64,000 bases of DNA from Candidatus Poribacteria bacterium (GCA_965198175.1 OZ240245.1:992001-1056000); one strand, 5' to 3'; counted from the first letter of the stretch, positions 9,849 to 19,836 are shown. The notes: a model not told the origin generated them from the sequence alone. Numbers and translations: made by a program.

Positions 9849-11102
9849 CTATGATTGTAACCGCAGAATTAAAGGGTAATCTGGCACCTGTAAGTTGTGG
9901 ATAACGGTCCCGTCGTTTTCTCCTTCAAACAACAATTCCTGCTCGAAGCCGTCAAGCACATCAATGCCTGTTACTCCCTTTACGGCAACTCCACGGCAAA
10001 ACAATACCGCGCTTACTCCAGGCGCATCTTCAACCGGTACATCATCTGTCCAAAGCGCAATTAGCCGGTCACCGTTGGGCAGGGAAAAACTATAATGCTT
10101 TAAATTCGGCGCCCTCGTCCGAATTTCGATTGGGGATGTCGCGCTTTTTGCACCTGCCAGAATCGTGCACAGCCGGCGAAAGACTTCAGGACAACTACCA
10201 GGAAGTATAGGAGAGACAGTGACGATGACATCAAGACCCAAATGCATCACAACAGCTCTCGCCAAGTATTTTGCCGAGGCAACTTCTGATACCAGTTTCG
10301 ATGGGTCCTCTGCAGCTTGCTCCGTACGCCACAAAATTTCTTCGACCAAATACTCGCCTGAGAATCCGTGATCGGTTGCTAACGCCTTAATTTCTTCCAC
10401 CATCTTAGGGTAATTCCGATAATAGGGATCGTCTGCTCGATGCCCGTAGAGAGGATGCCAAGAGATACCATCCACCAATGTCGCGACACCTGAACAGATT
10501 ACCTCCATTAGATAGTCGTGATGAAACGAATAACGTCCGAACATACCGTAGCCAGGGAACCTTTGTTGCCACCATCCTCCAGTCGCTCCAATGACAACTT
10601 TCGCCTCCGGATATTCCTCTCGAATCGCCGGCACAGTATGCTTGATGAGTGCGGTATAGTCGACTGCGGCAATGCGCCCCCATGGAGTACCTGAGTCGGG
10701 CTCATTCCAAATTTCGTAGTATTGGACGCGGTCCTTGAAGTGCCGCACCATAAATCGGGCGTACTCGCGATAATCATCCATTTCCTCCGGGGTTCTCAGC
10801 CATGTGTCTTTGGGGCGATCGGTCCCTAATCCAACGCCTAGGTTCAGAATGAACGTTATGCCACCGTTTGCTAACTCAGTAATATACTGCTCTGCTTCGG
10901 GAGCGACGACATAAGTTCCCGGTGCCCGCCTCACACGGTGCCAATTGAGTGCCGTGTCTCCCCAAAACGCTGTCCTTACCCATTTCAGCCCCAAATCATA
11001 GAGTTCGTCAGCTACTATCGGGTAGTCGCCACCGTAGTCTCCCCCAATTCGGTTGTCTGGAATCTCGGTCGATTTCTTCGTCTCTATTTTCTTTCGGATC
11101 AT
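9849..11102 (-). CDS. Clan GH-A glycoside hydrolase (GH5/GH39-like)
   Basis: LGLKWVR, YEIWNEPD acid/base motif, DGISWHP, LVEE candidate nucleophile. Confidence 0.7.
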   Translation of the reverse strand: MIRKKIETKKSTEIPDNRIGGDYGGDYPIVADELYDLGLKWVRTAFWGDTALNWHRVRRAPGTYVVAPEAEQYITELANGGITFILNLGVGLGTDRPKDTWLRTPEEMDDYREYARFMVRHFKDRVQYYEIWNEPDSGTPWGRIAAVDYTALIKHTVPAIREEYPEAKVVIGATGGWWQQRFPGYGMFGRYSFHHDYLMEVICSGVATLVDGISWHPLYGHRADDPYYRNYPKMVEEIKALATDHGFSGEYLVEEILWRTEQAAEDPSKLVSEVASAKYLARAVVMHLGLDVIVTVSPILPGSCPEVFRRLCTILAGAKSATSPIEIRTRAPNLKHYSFSLPNGDRLIALWTDDVPVEDAPGVSAVLFCRGVAVKGVTGIDVLDGFEQELLFEGENDGTVIHNLQVPDYPLILRLQS

Positions 11103-11323
11103 TGCGTTTTCTCAGTTCTAGTTTATAGGGTGTCGCGTTCAGCCTGATTCTTGAGATGACCGTCGAGCACCCTGTCTGGAATTTTAACGGCTATCAAATC
11201 ACCATTCTCTTCTCGCCGGTCTAATCCTCCGCTTGCTCAAAACTTATTGGAGCGACAAAACCCACGGATCTGTCGTAATTGCGTTCAGTTTTGACGTAGT
11301 ATGTCAGCTATCAGGTGAAGGCC

Positions 11324-12376
11324 TCATTGGCTAGGCACACCAATTCGTCGATTTGTCAAAAAATCCTCGAGTTCCTCAACAGTGTCGAAGATTTGCTCAC
11401 ATAGATTTTCAAAGAAAAGACTACGCGCATGGGAATGTACAGCATAAACAGGCTTGTTGTAGCGCGATGCAAAATTCATCTCGCTCAACACGCCGGGTGA
11501 AAGCTTATCGGTCGGGTAAATGACAACAACAAAATCGCTTTGACGGATGAATTGATAATCTCTTGATATGGTGCGAGTCTTGATTTGCTCGCTAGAGCTC
11601 TGATCAAGGCGACTGATGGTCGTGATTTCGGTGTCACCTGTTCCGTCTTGTCCGCCCGATGGTGAAAGCTGCTCTTGGTGGACTAGCTCCATGTCTTTGA
11701 TAGAGAGCGGATCAAATACGATGAAATCCTTATTCATTTTCTCGCCAAACGAGCGAATTTTCTCGATTTGATCGACAGATTCTCGGATAAGCGTGATTGG
11801 ATAACTTAAATAGAATTTCTGCTTGCTTGAAAAGAGCAAATCGTAGAAATTTTCCAGATTGTGTTGTCGGGAAACCGTATAGTGAGGCTTCCCTTTGAAA
11901 CTTGCGAGTTGTTTGGTCAAGAATTCCTCTTCATCAAGCCAGACGTTTATCTCTCCACGTTGCATTCCCGTCCATTGCGGGTTTTCCTGCATACGCTTTT
12001 CGATGTCTGCAAGGTTATCCACCACGTTGATGAAGACATCTGCCGGAAAACTATCGATCTCTCGAAGTGCGATTCCTTCCACGAGCACACCCCGCCAGCG
12101 AAAGCAGGTGTGCAGACCAATTAACGCATGATCAGCATTATGGGCGAGATTAGCAATTTCATAAAATGCAGATCGGCGTGCTAATGAGAGAACCGCGTGA
12201 TCAGAATCTAGCACCTTTTCTGTAAACTTGACTCCTGATTCTGCGGCAGTGTGTTTCATGTAATCTCCGACGTTGAAAAAACCAATCTGCACATCTTTCT
12301 CGCGGCAGAGCGGTTCAAAGTCTGCCATCAGTTCTTTTCGCCCTGAGCAACTGATGCCTGTGCAAAGGATGTTCAT
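11324..12376 (-). CDS. P-loop NMP-kinase-like domain fused to a nucleoside 2-deoxyribosyltransferase-like domain
   Basis: N-terminal TGISCSGRKE loop. C-terminal FYLSYPI...RDYQFIRQSDFVVV...SPGVLSEMNFA...KPVY. Confidence 0.6.
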   Translation of the reverse strand: MNILCTGISCSGRKELMADFEPLCREKDVQIGFFNVGDYMKHTAAESGVKFTEKVLDSDHAVLSLARRSAFYEIANLAHNADHALIGLHTCFRWRGVLVEGIALREIDSFPADVFINVVDNLADIEKRMQENPQWTGMQRGEINVWLDEEEFLTKQLASFKGKPHYTVSRQHNLENFYDLLFSSKQKFYLSYPITLIRESVDQIEKIRSFGEKMNKDFIVFDPLSIKDMELVHQEQLSPSGGQDGTGDTEITTISRLDQSSSEQIKTRTISRDYQFIRQSDFVVVIYPTDKLSPGVLSEMNFASRYNKPVYAVHSHARSLFFENLCEQIFDTVEELEDFLTNRRIGVPSQ

Positions 12377-12503
12377 ACTATATCCCCGTTATAGCCACTG
12401 CGACTAAGAATTACACATCACCATTCAATCCAATCAAAAAGGGGTGTCAACAACTAGTGAAACCTTGAAAACTATCGCGCTCCTTATCCAGTCGCTTGAT
12501 TGT

Positions 12504-13505
12504 TCAGAATCGCATGAGCAGAGAGATTCGGTGTGCATCGCCTACATCTTCGTTTGGGACGAAAGCATAGTCGAATTGGAAGTGTAGGTTTTCAAGGGAG
12601 GCTTTTCCCTTGCGGCGAACGCCGATCCCTCCTGTTAGACCGTTTTTCGGATTCTCTCCTTGACTGACACTATACCCTACCCGTAGGGCGAGGACATCAT
12701 AGAACCAATTCTCGGCGCCGATATGGAAGGTCGGGAAACCGCTGAGAATTGGGATATCTACATCGGCGACGATTGCAAAAAGATCTCGCGCCGGTTTCGG
12801 ATTCGTGAGGGAAAACATCTCCCCTATCTGGTAAGCGATGCCGCAACGAAGAGTCATCGGCAGATTTTCTTCCGTATTCAGGAATCCCAGATTCTGGAGG
12901 GCAAGCCCCAGCCCAAACCGATTGTTGAGAGTACGCAAAACACCGCCCAAATCAACAGCTACACCAAACGAGTCCTCAATATCAAGTTGTTGGGAGATGC
13001 CTCTTGCGGTCCCACCGATTGAAAGTTTCGGCGATACGGCATAAGCAAATGATGCGCCTGCTGCGAAGCCACCTACTACAACAGTGCTATCAGGTTCATC
13101 GGTTGGACGTGTACGACGTTCAATCTCGGTAAATGCACCGAGCAAACTAGCACCCCAAACCCCTTTGCCAACACGCTGGGCATAACCAATAAATTGGTTG
13201 CTGATATCCGCAATCGAGAAATTTTGCATGGCAGTCAGTTCTCGCGTCTGAACAGTAGTTAAGCCTGCAGGGTTCCAGAATATCGTGTTGACATCGTTGG
13301 CAAGCCCTGCAAATGCCCCTCCCATGCCAACTGGCCGACTTCCCCCCTCGATCTTTAGAAAGGCTGCGCCAGTAGTGCCGGCTTCGTCATGGATATCCGC
13401 CGCCCAACCGGAGGCAGCGATAAGAAAAATAGCGATGGTTGCTAGCTCTTTTTTGACCATTGCCCGATAAACGGATTCATCCAATTGTGCATTGATTCGC
13501 ATCAT
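12504..13505 (-). CDS. PorV/PorQ-family outer membrane protein
   Basis: GTTGAAFLKIEGGSRPVGMGGAF, FWNPAGL, amphipathic beta strands and terminal Phe. Confidence 0.8.
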   Translation of the reverse strand: MMRINAQLDESVYRAMVKKELATIAIFLIAASGWAADIHDEAGTTGAAFLKIEGGSRPVGMGGAFAGLANDVNTIFWNPAGLTTVQTRELTAMQNFSIADISNQFIGYAQRVGKGVWGASLLGAFTEIERRTRPTDEPDSTVVVGGFAAGASFAYAVSPKLSIGGTARGISQQLDIEDSFGVAVDLGGVLRTLNNRFGLGLALQNLGFLNTEENLPMTLRCGIAYQIGEMFSLTNPKPARDLFAIVADVDIPILSGFPTFHIGAENWFYDVLALRVGYSVSQGENPKNGLTGGIGVRRKGKASLENLHFQFDYAFVPNEDVGDAHRISLLMRF

Positions 13506-13693
13506 AACCTCCGAATGCTTTCAAATGACTTGTCAATGTGAAGTCGTCGAGTGGTAGATGCGACCACGAAAAAATTGACGTTTGGTAGTCTAACATTTGT
13601 CGCAAATCAAAACGACCAACACCTTGTTAACCGTTTCAGTCCCCCGAACCGATGAAAACGCGAAGATTTACTTCAACTGTCCTGCCTTTCCGG

Positions 13694-14968
13694 TTATAAG
13701 GGAGAATCCTCCGGAAGCTTACACATCTGCCCCATTGGTTCAAAAATTCCGCTAACATCTCTGATAAACACATTGCCGCTGAGTATGTCTACAATCCCCT
13801 GCTGGCATTCCGGAAATCGTCTTAAGAATTGGGCGAAACTGAAGTCTTTCGTGTAGAAAGCATACACCAGCTTACGAAAGGCTTCCAGTCCTTTGACAAA
13901 CTCAGGCCCGAATTTTCCTAATTGTTCGCCGGAAAAATCGTCCTTCTCAAAAGCATCATTAATCGCGTCCGATGCCATTTCACCTGATTTCAGTGCCAAG
14001 AACAGACCCGTGGAGTAAACGGGATCTAAAAACCCGAATGCATCTCCCACCAAGATCCAACCTTCTCCGGCGATTCTGCGGGCGCGATAGGAGAAGTCTT
14101 TGGTCACTTGGACGGGAAACAGTTGCTTAGCGTTTTCGATTCGCGGTTTCAAAGGTGCACATTTTTCAAGCTCTTCTTCAAAAATCTTTTGTGGGTCAAG
14201 CCCATCGCCGCGTAACCGCCGATTCTGTATGAGATAGTCAAGTCCGCCTACCACACCGACACTCACACGGTTATAAGGTAATGGGATGTACCAGAACCAC
14301 GAATCCTTATTTTCGGTGTGAAGGATTAACGTCGCTCCTTCGTCTATCCCCGTGTCACGAGCCCCATCTTCAAAGTGAGTAAACAACGAAGCTTTCTTCA
14401 GTTCGGGTTCGGGGATATTGATTTTCAACTTTCGAGAAACAATCGCGCTCTGACCTGTCGAGTCTACGATGACCTTTGCCGCAAAGTCCGTGATACTTCC
14501 GTCTGCGACTCTCGCATTGACCCCGATTGCTCGGTCGTCGTCAAATAACACCTCGTGTACACGAGCTCCACGCCGAACTTCAACCCCTTTTTCCTGGGCG
14601 TTGTCGAGTAACATCTCGTCGAACTCGCTGCGCAACACCTGCCAAGTTACGGAGGCTTCGTGTGGATCGTTTTCAAAAAAATAGAACGGGGCAGAGGCTT
14701 TTCCTGATTTTGAATAAAACTGGACGCTATACTTTTTCGGGAAATGGCTCGCTTTCAGTTTTTCAAGTAGTCCCAGCCGCTCAAATGTCCAATAGGTCGC
14801 CGGCATCAACGACTCACCAATCTTAAAACACGGGGATTTTTCCCGTTCCAAAAGCAACACGCGGTGCCCCTTGTCTGCGACTAATGTTGCAACGGTACTT
14901 CCCGCAGGTCCACCGCCGATAACGATTGCGTCGTAGCTGTTATATTTGGACGTGTTTAATGTCTTCAT
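13694..14968 (-). CDS. Flavin-dependent halogenase-like FAD oxidoreductase
   Basis: GGGPAG, FPKKYS (candidate catalytic Lys), WFWYIP (WxWxIP) and GDAFGFLDPVYSTG. Confidence 0.8.
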   Translation of the reverse strand: MKTLNTSKYNSYDAIVIGGGPAGSTVATLVADKGHRVLLLEREKSPCFKIGESLMPATYWTFERLGLLEKLKASHFPKKYSVQFYSKSGKASAPFYFFENDPHEASVTWQVLRSEFDEMLLDNAQEKGVEVRRGARVHEVLFDDDRAIGVNARVADGSITDFAAKVIVDSTGQSAIVSRKLKINIPEPELKKASLFTHFEDGARDTGIDEGATLILHTENKDSWFWYIPLPYNRVSVGVVGGLDYLIQNRRLRGDGLDPQKIFEEELEKCAPLKPRIENAKQLFPVQVTKDFSYRARRIAGEGWILVGDAFGFLDPVYSTGLFLALKSGEMASDAINDAFEKDDFSGEQLGKFGPEFVKGLEAFRKLVYAFYTKDFSFAQFLRRFPECQQGIVDILSGNVFIRDVSGIFEPMGQMCKLPEDSPL

Positions 14969-14997
14969 GTTTAGAGGCAGCAATTAGCGGAAAACTC

Positions 14998-15166
14998 TTG
15001 TAGGTTGGTTTGAGCCAACGGCCAAACCCAACGCTCTTGAAACCTCTGGACGACAGAAAAGCGTTGGGTTACGCTATATGAATTACGACAAGTTCGATGT
15101 TTGGTGTCTAGAACGGTTACCGACGTAGGAACGACTTTAGAATTACCCGCTCAACCCAACCTACAA
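14998..15166 (+). mobile_element. REPIN/MITE-like palindromic element (GTAG-type REP ends)
   Basis: Terminal inverted repeats TTGTAGGTTGGTTTGAGC / GCTCAACCCAACCTACAA (17 of 18 match) and an inner inverted repeat AACCCAACGCT / AGCGTTGGGTT. Confidence 0.75.
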
Positions 15167-15173
15167 AAACTAT

Positions 15174-15260
15174 TGTTGCAACGGTGCTTCCCGCAGGTCC
15201 ACCGCCGATAGCGATTGCGTCGTAGCTGTTATTTTTGGAGGTATTTAATGTTTTCATGTT
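15174..15260 (-). repeat. Diverged direct duplicate of the halogenase 5' end (14885-14971)
   Basis: Encodes MKTLNTSKNNSYDAIAIGGGPAGSTVAT versus MKTLNTSKYNSYDAIVIGGGPAGSTVAT. Confidence 0.9.
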
Positions 15261-15307
15261 AGAAACGGTGTCCAGTGGTCAGTATCTAGTTTTTTTGGTC
15301 ACTGCGT

Positions 15308-15784
15308 TTACTGTCGAACGCCGTTTTTGTCCCACGTTGACACAAAGCCATTGCCGTATTCATTGATACCCATTGCCGCCTGTGACTTGCCTTTGAACAC
15401 CTGGACAATCCCGCCACGTTCATTGATGGCGAGTTCCGCTGCACCCCACGATTTCCCATAATTGCCCCGTGCAGAGATACCCCCGCCGTGTTCATGGATA
15501 CCTAACGACGCCCACGATTCCCGGTCCTTGCCGCTGACAATGACCCTTCCTCCGTATTCATCGACGCCGATAAATACCTCCGCATGAAACGCTAGGCTAT
15601 CCCCATTAGGATCGAGAATCAACCTCGTTTTTCCGTCTTTATCAACCAGCCTTAAAAAGTTGCACTCAATATCCCGGAACTTACCGTGTTGGTGTTGGGC
15701 AGTTACTGGCAAGACCAACAAAACAGTGATTATACTGCCCGCCATACCGCCCACAATACCGCTGATAACCAGATACTTTTTCAT
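15308..15784 (-). CDS. Hypothetical membrane-anchored protein with GIxExGG repeats
   Basis: N-terminal hydrophobic helix and about 4 repeats of about 22 aa; paralog of 15781-16674. Confidence 0.75.
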   Translation of the reverse strand: MKKYLVISGIVGGMAGSIITVLLVLPVTAQHQHGKFRDIECNFLRLVDKDGKTRLILDPNGDSLAFHAEVFIGVDEYGGRVIVSGKDRESWASLGIHEHGGGISARGNYGKSWGAAELAINERGGIVQVFKGKSQAAMGINEYGNGFVSTWDKNGVRQ

Positions 15785-16674
15785 TGCAAATCCTCCTCTT
15801 TCGATATACTGACCATTGGGTATTCACGCAAATCTTGCCTGATCTCGACACGCCCACCGTGTTCATGGATACCAAGCTCCGCCATCACTCTGTCCCTTCC
15901 ATCGACACTGACAATCCCGCTGTGTTCACCGATACTAATTGACGCCTCCTTCGGTGTCCAATACCCGTCCTCCTTGTTGCCAATTACCTCGACAACCCCG
16001 CCGCGTTCACTGATGCTGAGTGACGCCTTCTGCGCCTTGTCCTTTTTGTCAGCTACCGCGACACGCCCGCCATTTTCATCGACATCGAGCCACGCTTTCA
16101 ACTCCCCATCACAGCCAGAAACATTGACAAATCCGCCGATTTCATCGATACCGAGCTCCACCTTCGCTTCACCGTCATTATAGCCATAGGCAGTGCCAAA
16201 GACGCTGACAAAACCAGCGTCTCCATTGGTGCTGAGCTCCGCCTTCAGTTCTCCTTCATTGCCCCTAACCTCGACACGCCCGCCGCCGTCTGCATAGACA
16301 TCAGTCGATAGCGACACCCCCGGTTTCCCATCATTGTCCCTGACCTCGACCCGTCCGCCGCCATCTTCATCAATGCCGAGCGCCGCCTTCACTTCCCCGT
16401 CCTTGTCCCTGAGAGTTACACGCCCGCCGCGTTCATCAATACCGAACACCGCCTTTAAATTCCCGTCATTGCCATTGACACCGATACTCCCGCCCCGTTC
16501 AGTGCTGCTATGGAGCCACGCCTTCAGTTTACCCTCCGCATCAACAACTCTTAAACTCCTACACTCAATATGTTGAAACTTAGCGAACGTAGCGCGTTGT
16601 AACACCCTGATTAAAAAACCGCCTATGACCCCGCCAATAATACCGCTGATAATCAGATACTGTTCCATTGCCAA
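15781..16674 (-). CDS. Hypothetical membrane-anchored protein with about 10 GIDExGGRVxV repeats
   Basis: N-terminal TM helix, tandem repeats, and an ATGA overlap with the downstream paralog. Confidence 0.78.
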   Translation of the reverse strand: MAMEQYLIISGIIGGVIGGFLIRVLQRATFAKFQHIECRSLRVVDAEGKLKAWLHSSTERGGSIGVNGNDGNLKAVFGIDERGGRVTLRDKDGEVKAALGIDEDGGGRVEVRDNDGKPGVSLSTDVYADGGGRVEVRGNEGELKAELSTNGDAGFVSVFGTAYGYNDGEAKVELGIDEIGGFVNVSGCDGELKAWLDVDENGGRVAVADKKDKAQKASLSISERGGVVEVIGNKEDGYWTPKEASISIGEHSGIVSVDGRDRVMAELGIHEHGGRVEIRQDLREYPMVSISKEEDLQ

Positions 16675-16748
16675 TTCTCCTTTGTGCTTTTGTGGTTAGA
16701 CGTGGAATCATCTTATATTTTATATTCGATAAAATGTCATTATCTAGA

Positions 16749-18062
16749 TTATGTCCTGGGGTTGTTATTGAGGCGGCGATGATCTGCGAAACGCCTAGCT
16801 TTCAGTTCAAAGCGCGGCAACGTACCATGAGGTACCGATTTAGTCTTCACACGCAACCCCAGGGCGTTGCGAATCGCTTTGACGACAGCGGCTAAAATGG
16901 CTTCGGTATCCGTTGCTCGGATTTCCAACCGAATCTCCATTTCGTCCAATTCGCCCCGTCGAAAAACGTCCACGACAAACTCGCCCACTTCAGGGAAACC
17001 GCGGACGATGTTCTCAATTGTGCTGGGATAGACATTCACTCCGCGTACAATAAGTACATCGTCTATCCGTCCGACAATCCCATCCTTCAGTTGCCTATAG
17101 CTGCGCCCGCAATCGCAATCCTCTGTTTGTAACTTCACCCAATCGCCGGTCCGATAGCGGATCGCCGGTGTACCAACCCGACCCAAATTGGTAATGACCA
17201 ATTCCCCTTCATTCTTAGGTTCACCTGTGTCAGGATTAATTACGTCGAAGATGAACTCACCTTCGTTCAAGTGAACCCCAGATTGAGCTTGGCACTCAAA
17301 CCCCCACGCACCGACCTCGGTGGCGCCAGTGTGGTCGTAACACCGACTTCCCCAGGCGCTTTCGATACGACGCTTGGTCGCTGGCAGACTCGCGCCAGGC
17401 TCCCCGGCATGGATGGTGACGCGGACATTAGAATTAGCGATGTCAACTCCCTCTGCCTCGGCGATTTCGGCGAGGTGTAGCGCATAGGTTGGCGTACAAA
17501 TTAACACTGAGATGTCATTATACCGAATTGCCCGCACCCGCTGAAGAGAGGTCATTCCTCCCCCAGGTATGGATAACGCTCCCATTAACCGTGCACCTTC
17601 ATAGGCACTCCAGAAGCCTATAAAGGGACCAAAAGAAAAAGCAATAAAAATGGAATCCGCGGAAGTTACACCGGCTGCACTATACACTGCACCCCAACAA
17701 CGAGACCACCATCGCCAACTCTCCTCGGTATCGAGCCAACGCAGTGGTTCACCGGTCGTCCCCGATGTTTGATGGAGGCGGATATACTGCTTTCGTGGAA
17801 AGGTGATGTTTGTTCCGTATGGCGGATGCGCTGCCTGATCCGCAGAAAGCTCCTCCTTGGTCGTAAACGGTAACTGTCGATAATCCTCTAGCGTTCGTAT
17901 GTCCTCTGGCGTTTCTACACCGACTTCGTTCAACTTCCGCCGAGAGAAAGCGTTGGTTTTCAACACTTGCGAAAGCATCGTCTGCAATTTCTTTAATTGG
18001 ATTTGTGTTAACGCTTCCCGATCGAGCGTCTCAACAAAAGAATCCAGATAGCTTGTTTTCAT
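16749..18062 (-). CDS. Phenylacetate--CoA ligase family (PaaK-like) adenylate-forming enzyme
   Basis: LPFTTKEEL, HQTSGTTGEP, GEPG, YRTGD, GRIDD and RGVNVYP. Confidence 0.85.
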   Translation of the reverse strand: MKTSYLDSFVETLDREALTQIQLKKLQTMLSQVLKTNAFSRRKLNEVGVETPEDIRTLEDYRQLPFTTKEELSADQAAHPPYGTNITFPRKQYIRLHQTSGTTGEPLRWLDTEESWRWWSRCWGAVYSAAGVTSADSIFIAFSFGPFIGFWSAYEGARLMGALSIPGGGMTSLQRVRAIRYNDISVLICTPTYALHLAEIAEAEGVDIANSNVRVTIHAGEPGASLPATKRRIESAWGSRCYDHTGATEVGAWGFECQAQSGVHLNEGEFIFDVINPDTGEPKNEGELVITNLGRVGTPAIRYRTGDWVKLQTEDCDCGRSYRQLKDGIVGRIDDVLIVRGVNVYPSTIENIVRGFPEVGEFVVDVFRRGELDEMEIRLEIRATDTEAILAAVVKAIRNALGLRVKTKSVPHGTLPRFELKARRFADHRRLNNNPRT

Positions 18063-18090
18063 ACAATTGATGCGAACATTGGCAAGTGAC

Positions 18091-19107
18091 TTAATTCCCC
18101 GCCTTGAGCATTCCCAAGAATGTAATCCATTTGCTGTTAGCTCCGACCCATAAACCGGTTCCATAGCTTTCTACAGTTGGAAGTCCTGGACCGATGCCTA
18201 CTGCAGTTCCTCCGATGGCATAGAGTATGCCATCTATGGCGCTAGTTGATAAAAACACCCGTGCAGTAGGCATGTCGGGATGCTTCGACCAAGTATCGGT
18301 TGCTGGGTCATACGCTTCTACCGTCGCGAGACCGGGCCCTGTCACTGCGGCTGTGCCCCCAATGGCGTAAATCTTCTCGTTTGCCGCGCTGGTGGATAAT
18401 GCCGTTCTTGGGGTCGGCATATCAGCCGCCATTGTCCATTTGTCGAGGGCTGGGTCATACGCTTCTACGGTGGCAAGCACAGGTCCCTGCACCTCCGCAA
18501 CGCCCCCAATCACATATATCTTACCGTCCATAACACTTGCAGACGTACCAGCTCGTTCGGTCAGCATGTCGGCTTTCCGACTCCATTTGTCCAGCATTGG
18601 ATCGTATTCCTCTACGACGGGAAGAACTGGTCCCAGCTGGTCGGAAATGCCTCCAATCGCATAAATCTTCCCATTCACTACCCCAGTAGTGAAGTAGGCT
18701 CTTGCAGTCGGCATGTCGGGTTGCTTGGCCCACTGCTCCAAAACGGGATCGTAGGTTTCTGTTGTTGCAAGAAAGGTAACGTTCGGCAGAGCGGTCCAAC
18801 CTCCAATGACGTAAATTTTTCCAGCCGCGACGCAAGTGGACATGCTTGCTTTTGCCACGAGCATATTGGGTTTCTGCGTCCATTCGTTTGAGACTGGATC
18901 GTATTCTTCAATCGTCGGAAGCGGAGGACCTTCCTCTGAGCCACCAATGGCATAAATCTTTCCGTTCAATGTACATGTGGAACACCAAAGCCTTGGGGTC
19001 GGCATACCGGGTTTCATCGACCACTCCCCCTCTTCCGCAAGGCTAATTGGTGCAAGCACACCTAACACCAAGGCTAATCCACACAGCGGAACAAAATATA
19101 TACTCAT
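18091..19107 (-). CDS. Secreted Kelch-repeat protein
   Basis: Signal peptide and six repeats of MPTxR...GKIYAIGG...VExYDP...W. Confidence 0.9.
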   Translation of the reverse strand: MSIYFVPLCGLALVLGVLAPISLAEEGEWSMKPGMPTPRLWCSTCTLNGKIYAIGGSEEGPPLPTIEEYDPVSNEWTQKPNMLVAKASMSTCVAAGKIYVIGGWTALPNVTFLATTETYDPVLEQWAKQPDMPTARAYFTTGVVNGKIYAIGGISDQLGPVLPVVEEYDPMLDKWSRKADMLTERAGTSASVMDGKIYVIGGVAEVQGPVLATVEAYDPALDKWTMAADMPTPRTALSTSAANEKIYAIGGTAAVTGPGLATVEAYDPATDTWSKHPDMPTARVFLSTSAIDGILYAIGGTAVGIGPGLPTVESYGTGLWVGANSKWITFLGMLKAGN

Positions 19108-19252
19108 GACAGATTTCCTAAAACCAGTCGGGGTTGTGATAACAAGTGTTTATGGAAACTATAGGATAAGCAGTGTGATGGGAATTAAGTATTAGGTGAA
19201 TAAATGTCAAACCTGACACCTAATATCTTGAAACCTTAGACCCGCCCCGAAG

Positions 19253-19789
19253 TTATAGCCTTCCATTTTTTGCGTCAGACATTTCTTTAAGTCGAGCCAT
19301 TTGGAAGGCCCCTGTATAATTCTGGCTGGTATAGAAACCGATGAATTTTTCCTCTGTTGCCCGACCGATCCAATCGTAAACACCGCCGTCTTTTTCCCCG
19401 AGGTCCACGCTGCCTTTGAAAAGGACGACATCCCCTGTCCGGTGTCCAAGCATTTGTATTGTATACTTATAGGGGCGACCACATTCACCCTCAAATGTCG
19501 CTTCCCACTTATCGGGAGTTAACGCCACCACGTGGCAAACTAACTGCCGCTGTGTATCCTGAGCAGCGGTTCTTGTCTGATTTGGATGAAATACACCCCA
19601 CGTCCCGCCCCACTCCCCGCTGATACTAGGTTGCTCAACCTTCTTTACGGACATAGCGCGCTGTTTACCCACCTCGCTGTATTTTAACTGCGAGGATTTG
19701 TCTGAATGGGTACAACCGACCCCAAATATCACGGCAAGGGCTGCTGCCCAAAAAACACTCTGAGGGCAAAGCAGTTCTCTATTTTTCAT
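19253..19789 (-). CDS. Hypothetical lipoprotein
   Basis: Lipobox-like GVGC and a strong RBS (AAGGAGG). Confidence 0.7.
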   Translation of the reverse strand: MKNRELLCPQSVFWAAALAVIFGVGCTHSDKSSQLKYSEVGKQRAMSVKKVEQPSISGEWGGTWGVFHPNQTRTAAQDTQRQLVCHVVALTPDKWEATFEGECGRPYKYTIQMLGHRTGDVVLFKGSVDLGEKDGGVYDWIGRATEEKFIGFYTSQNYTGAFQMARLKEMSDAKNGRL

Positions 19790-19836
19790 TATTCAAGCCT
19801 CCTTACGTAAAACGTGAGAGTAGACACCATGATTCA

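Noticed and set aside
14885..15260. DGR template/variable repeat pair
   Set aside because: Differences are not restricted to adenines, the repeat is at a gene 5' end, and no reverse transcriptase is present.
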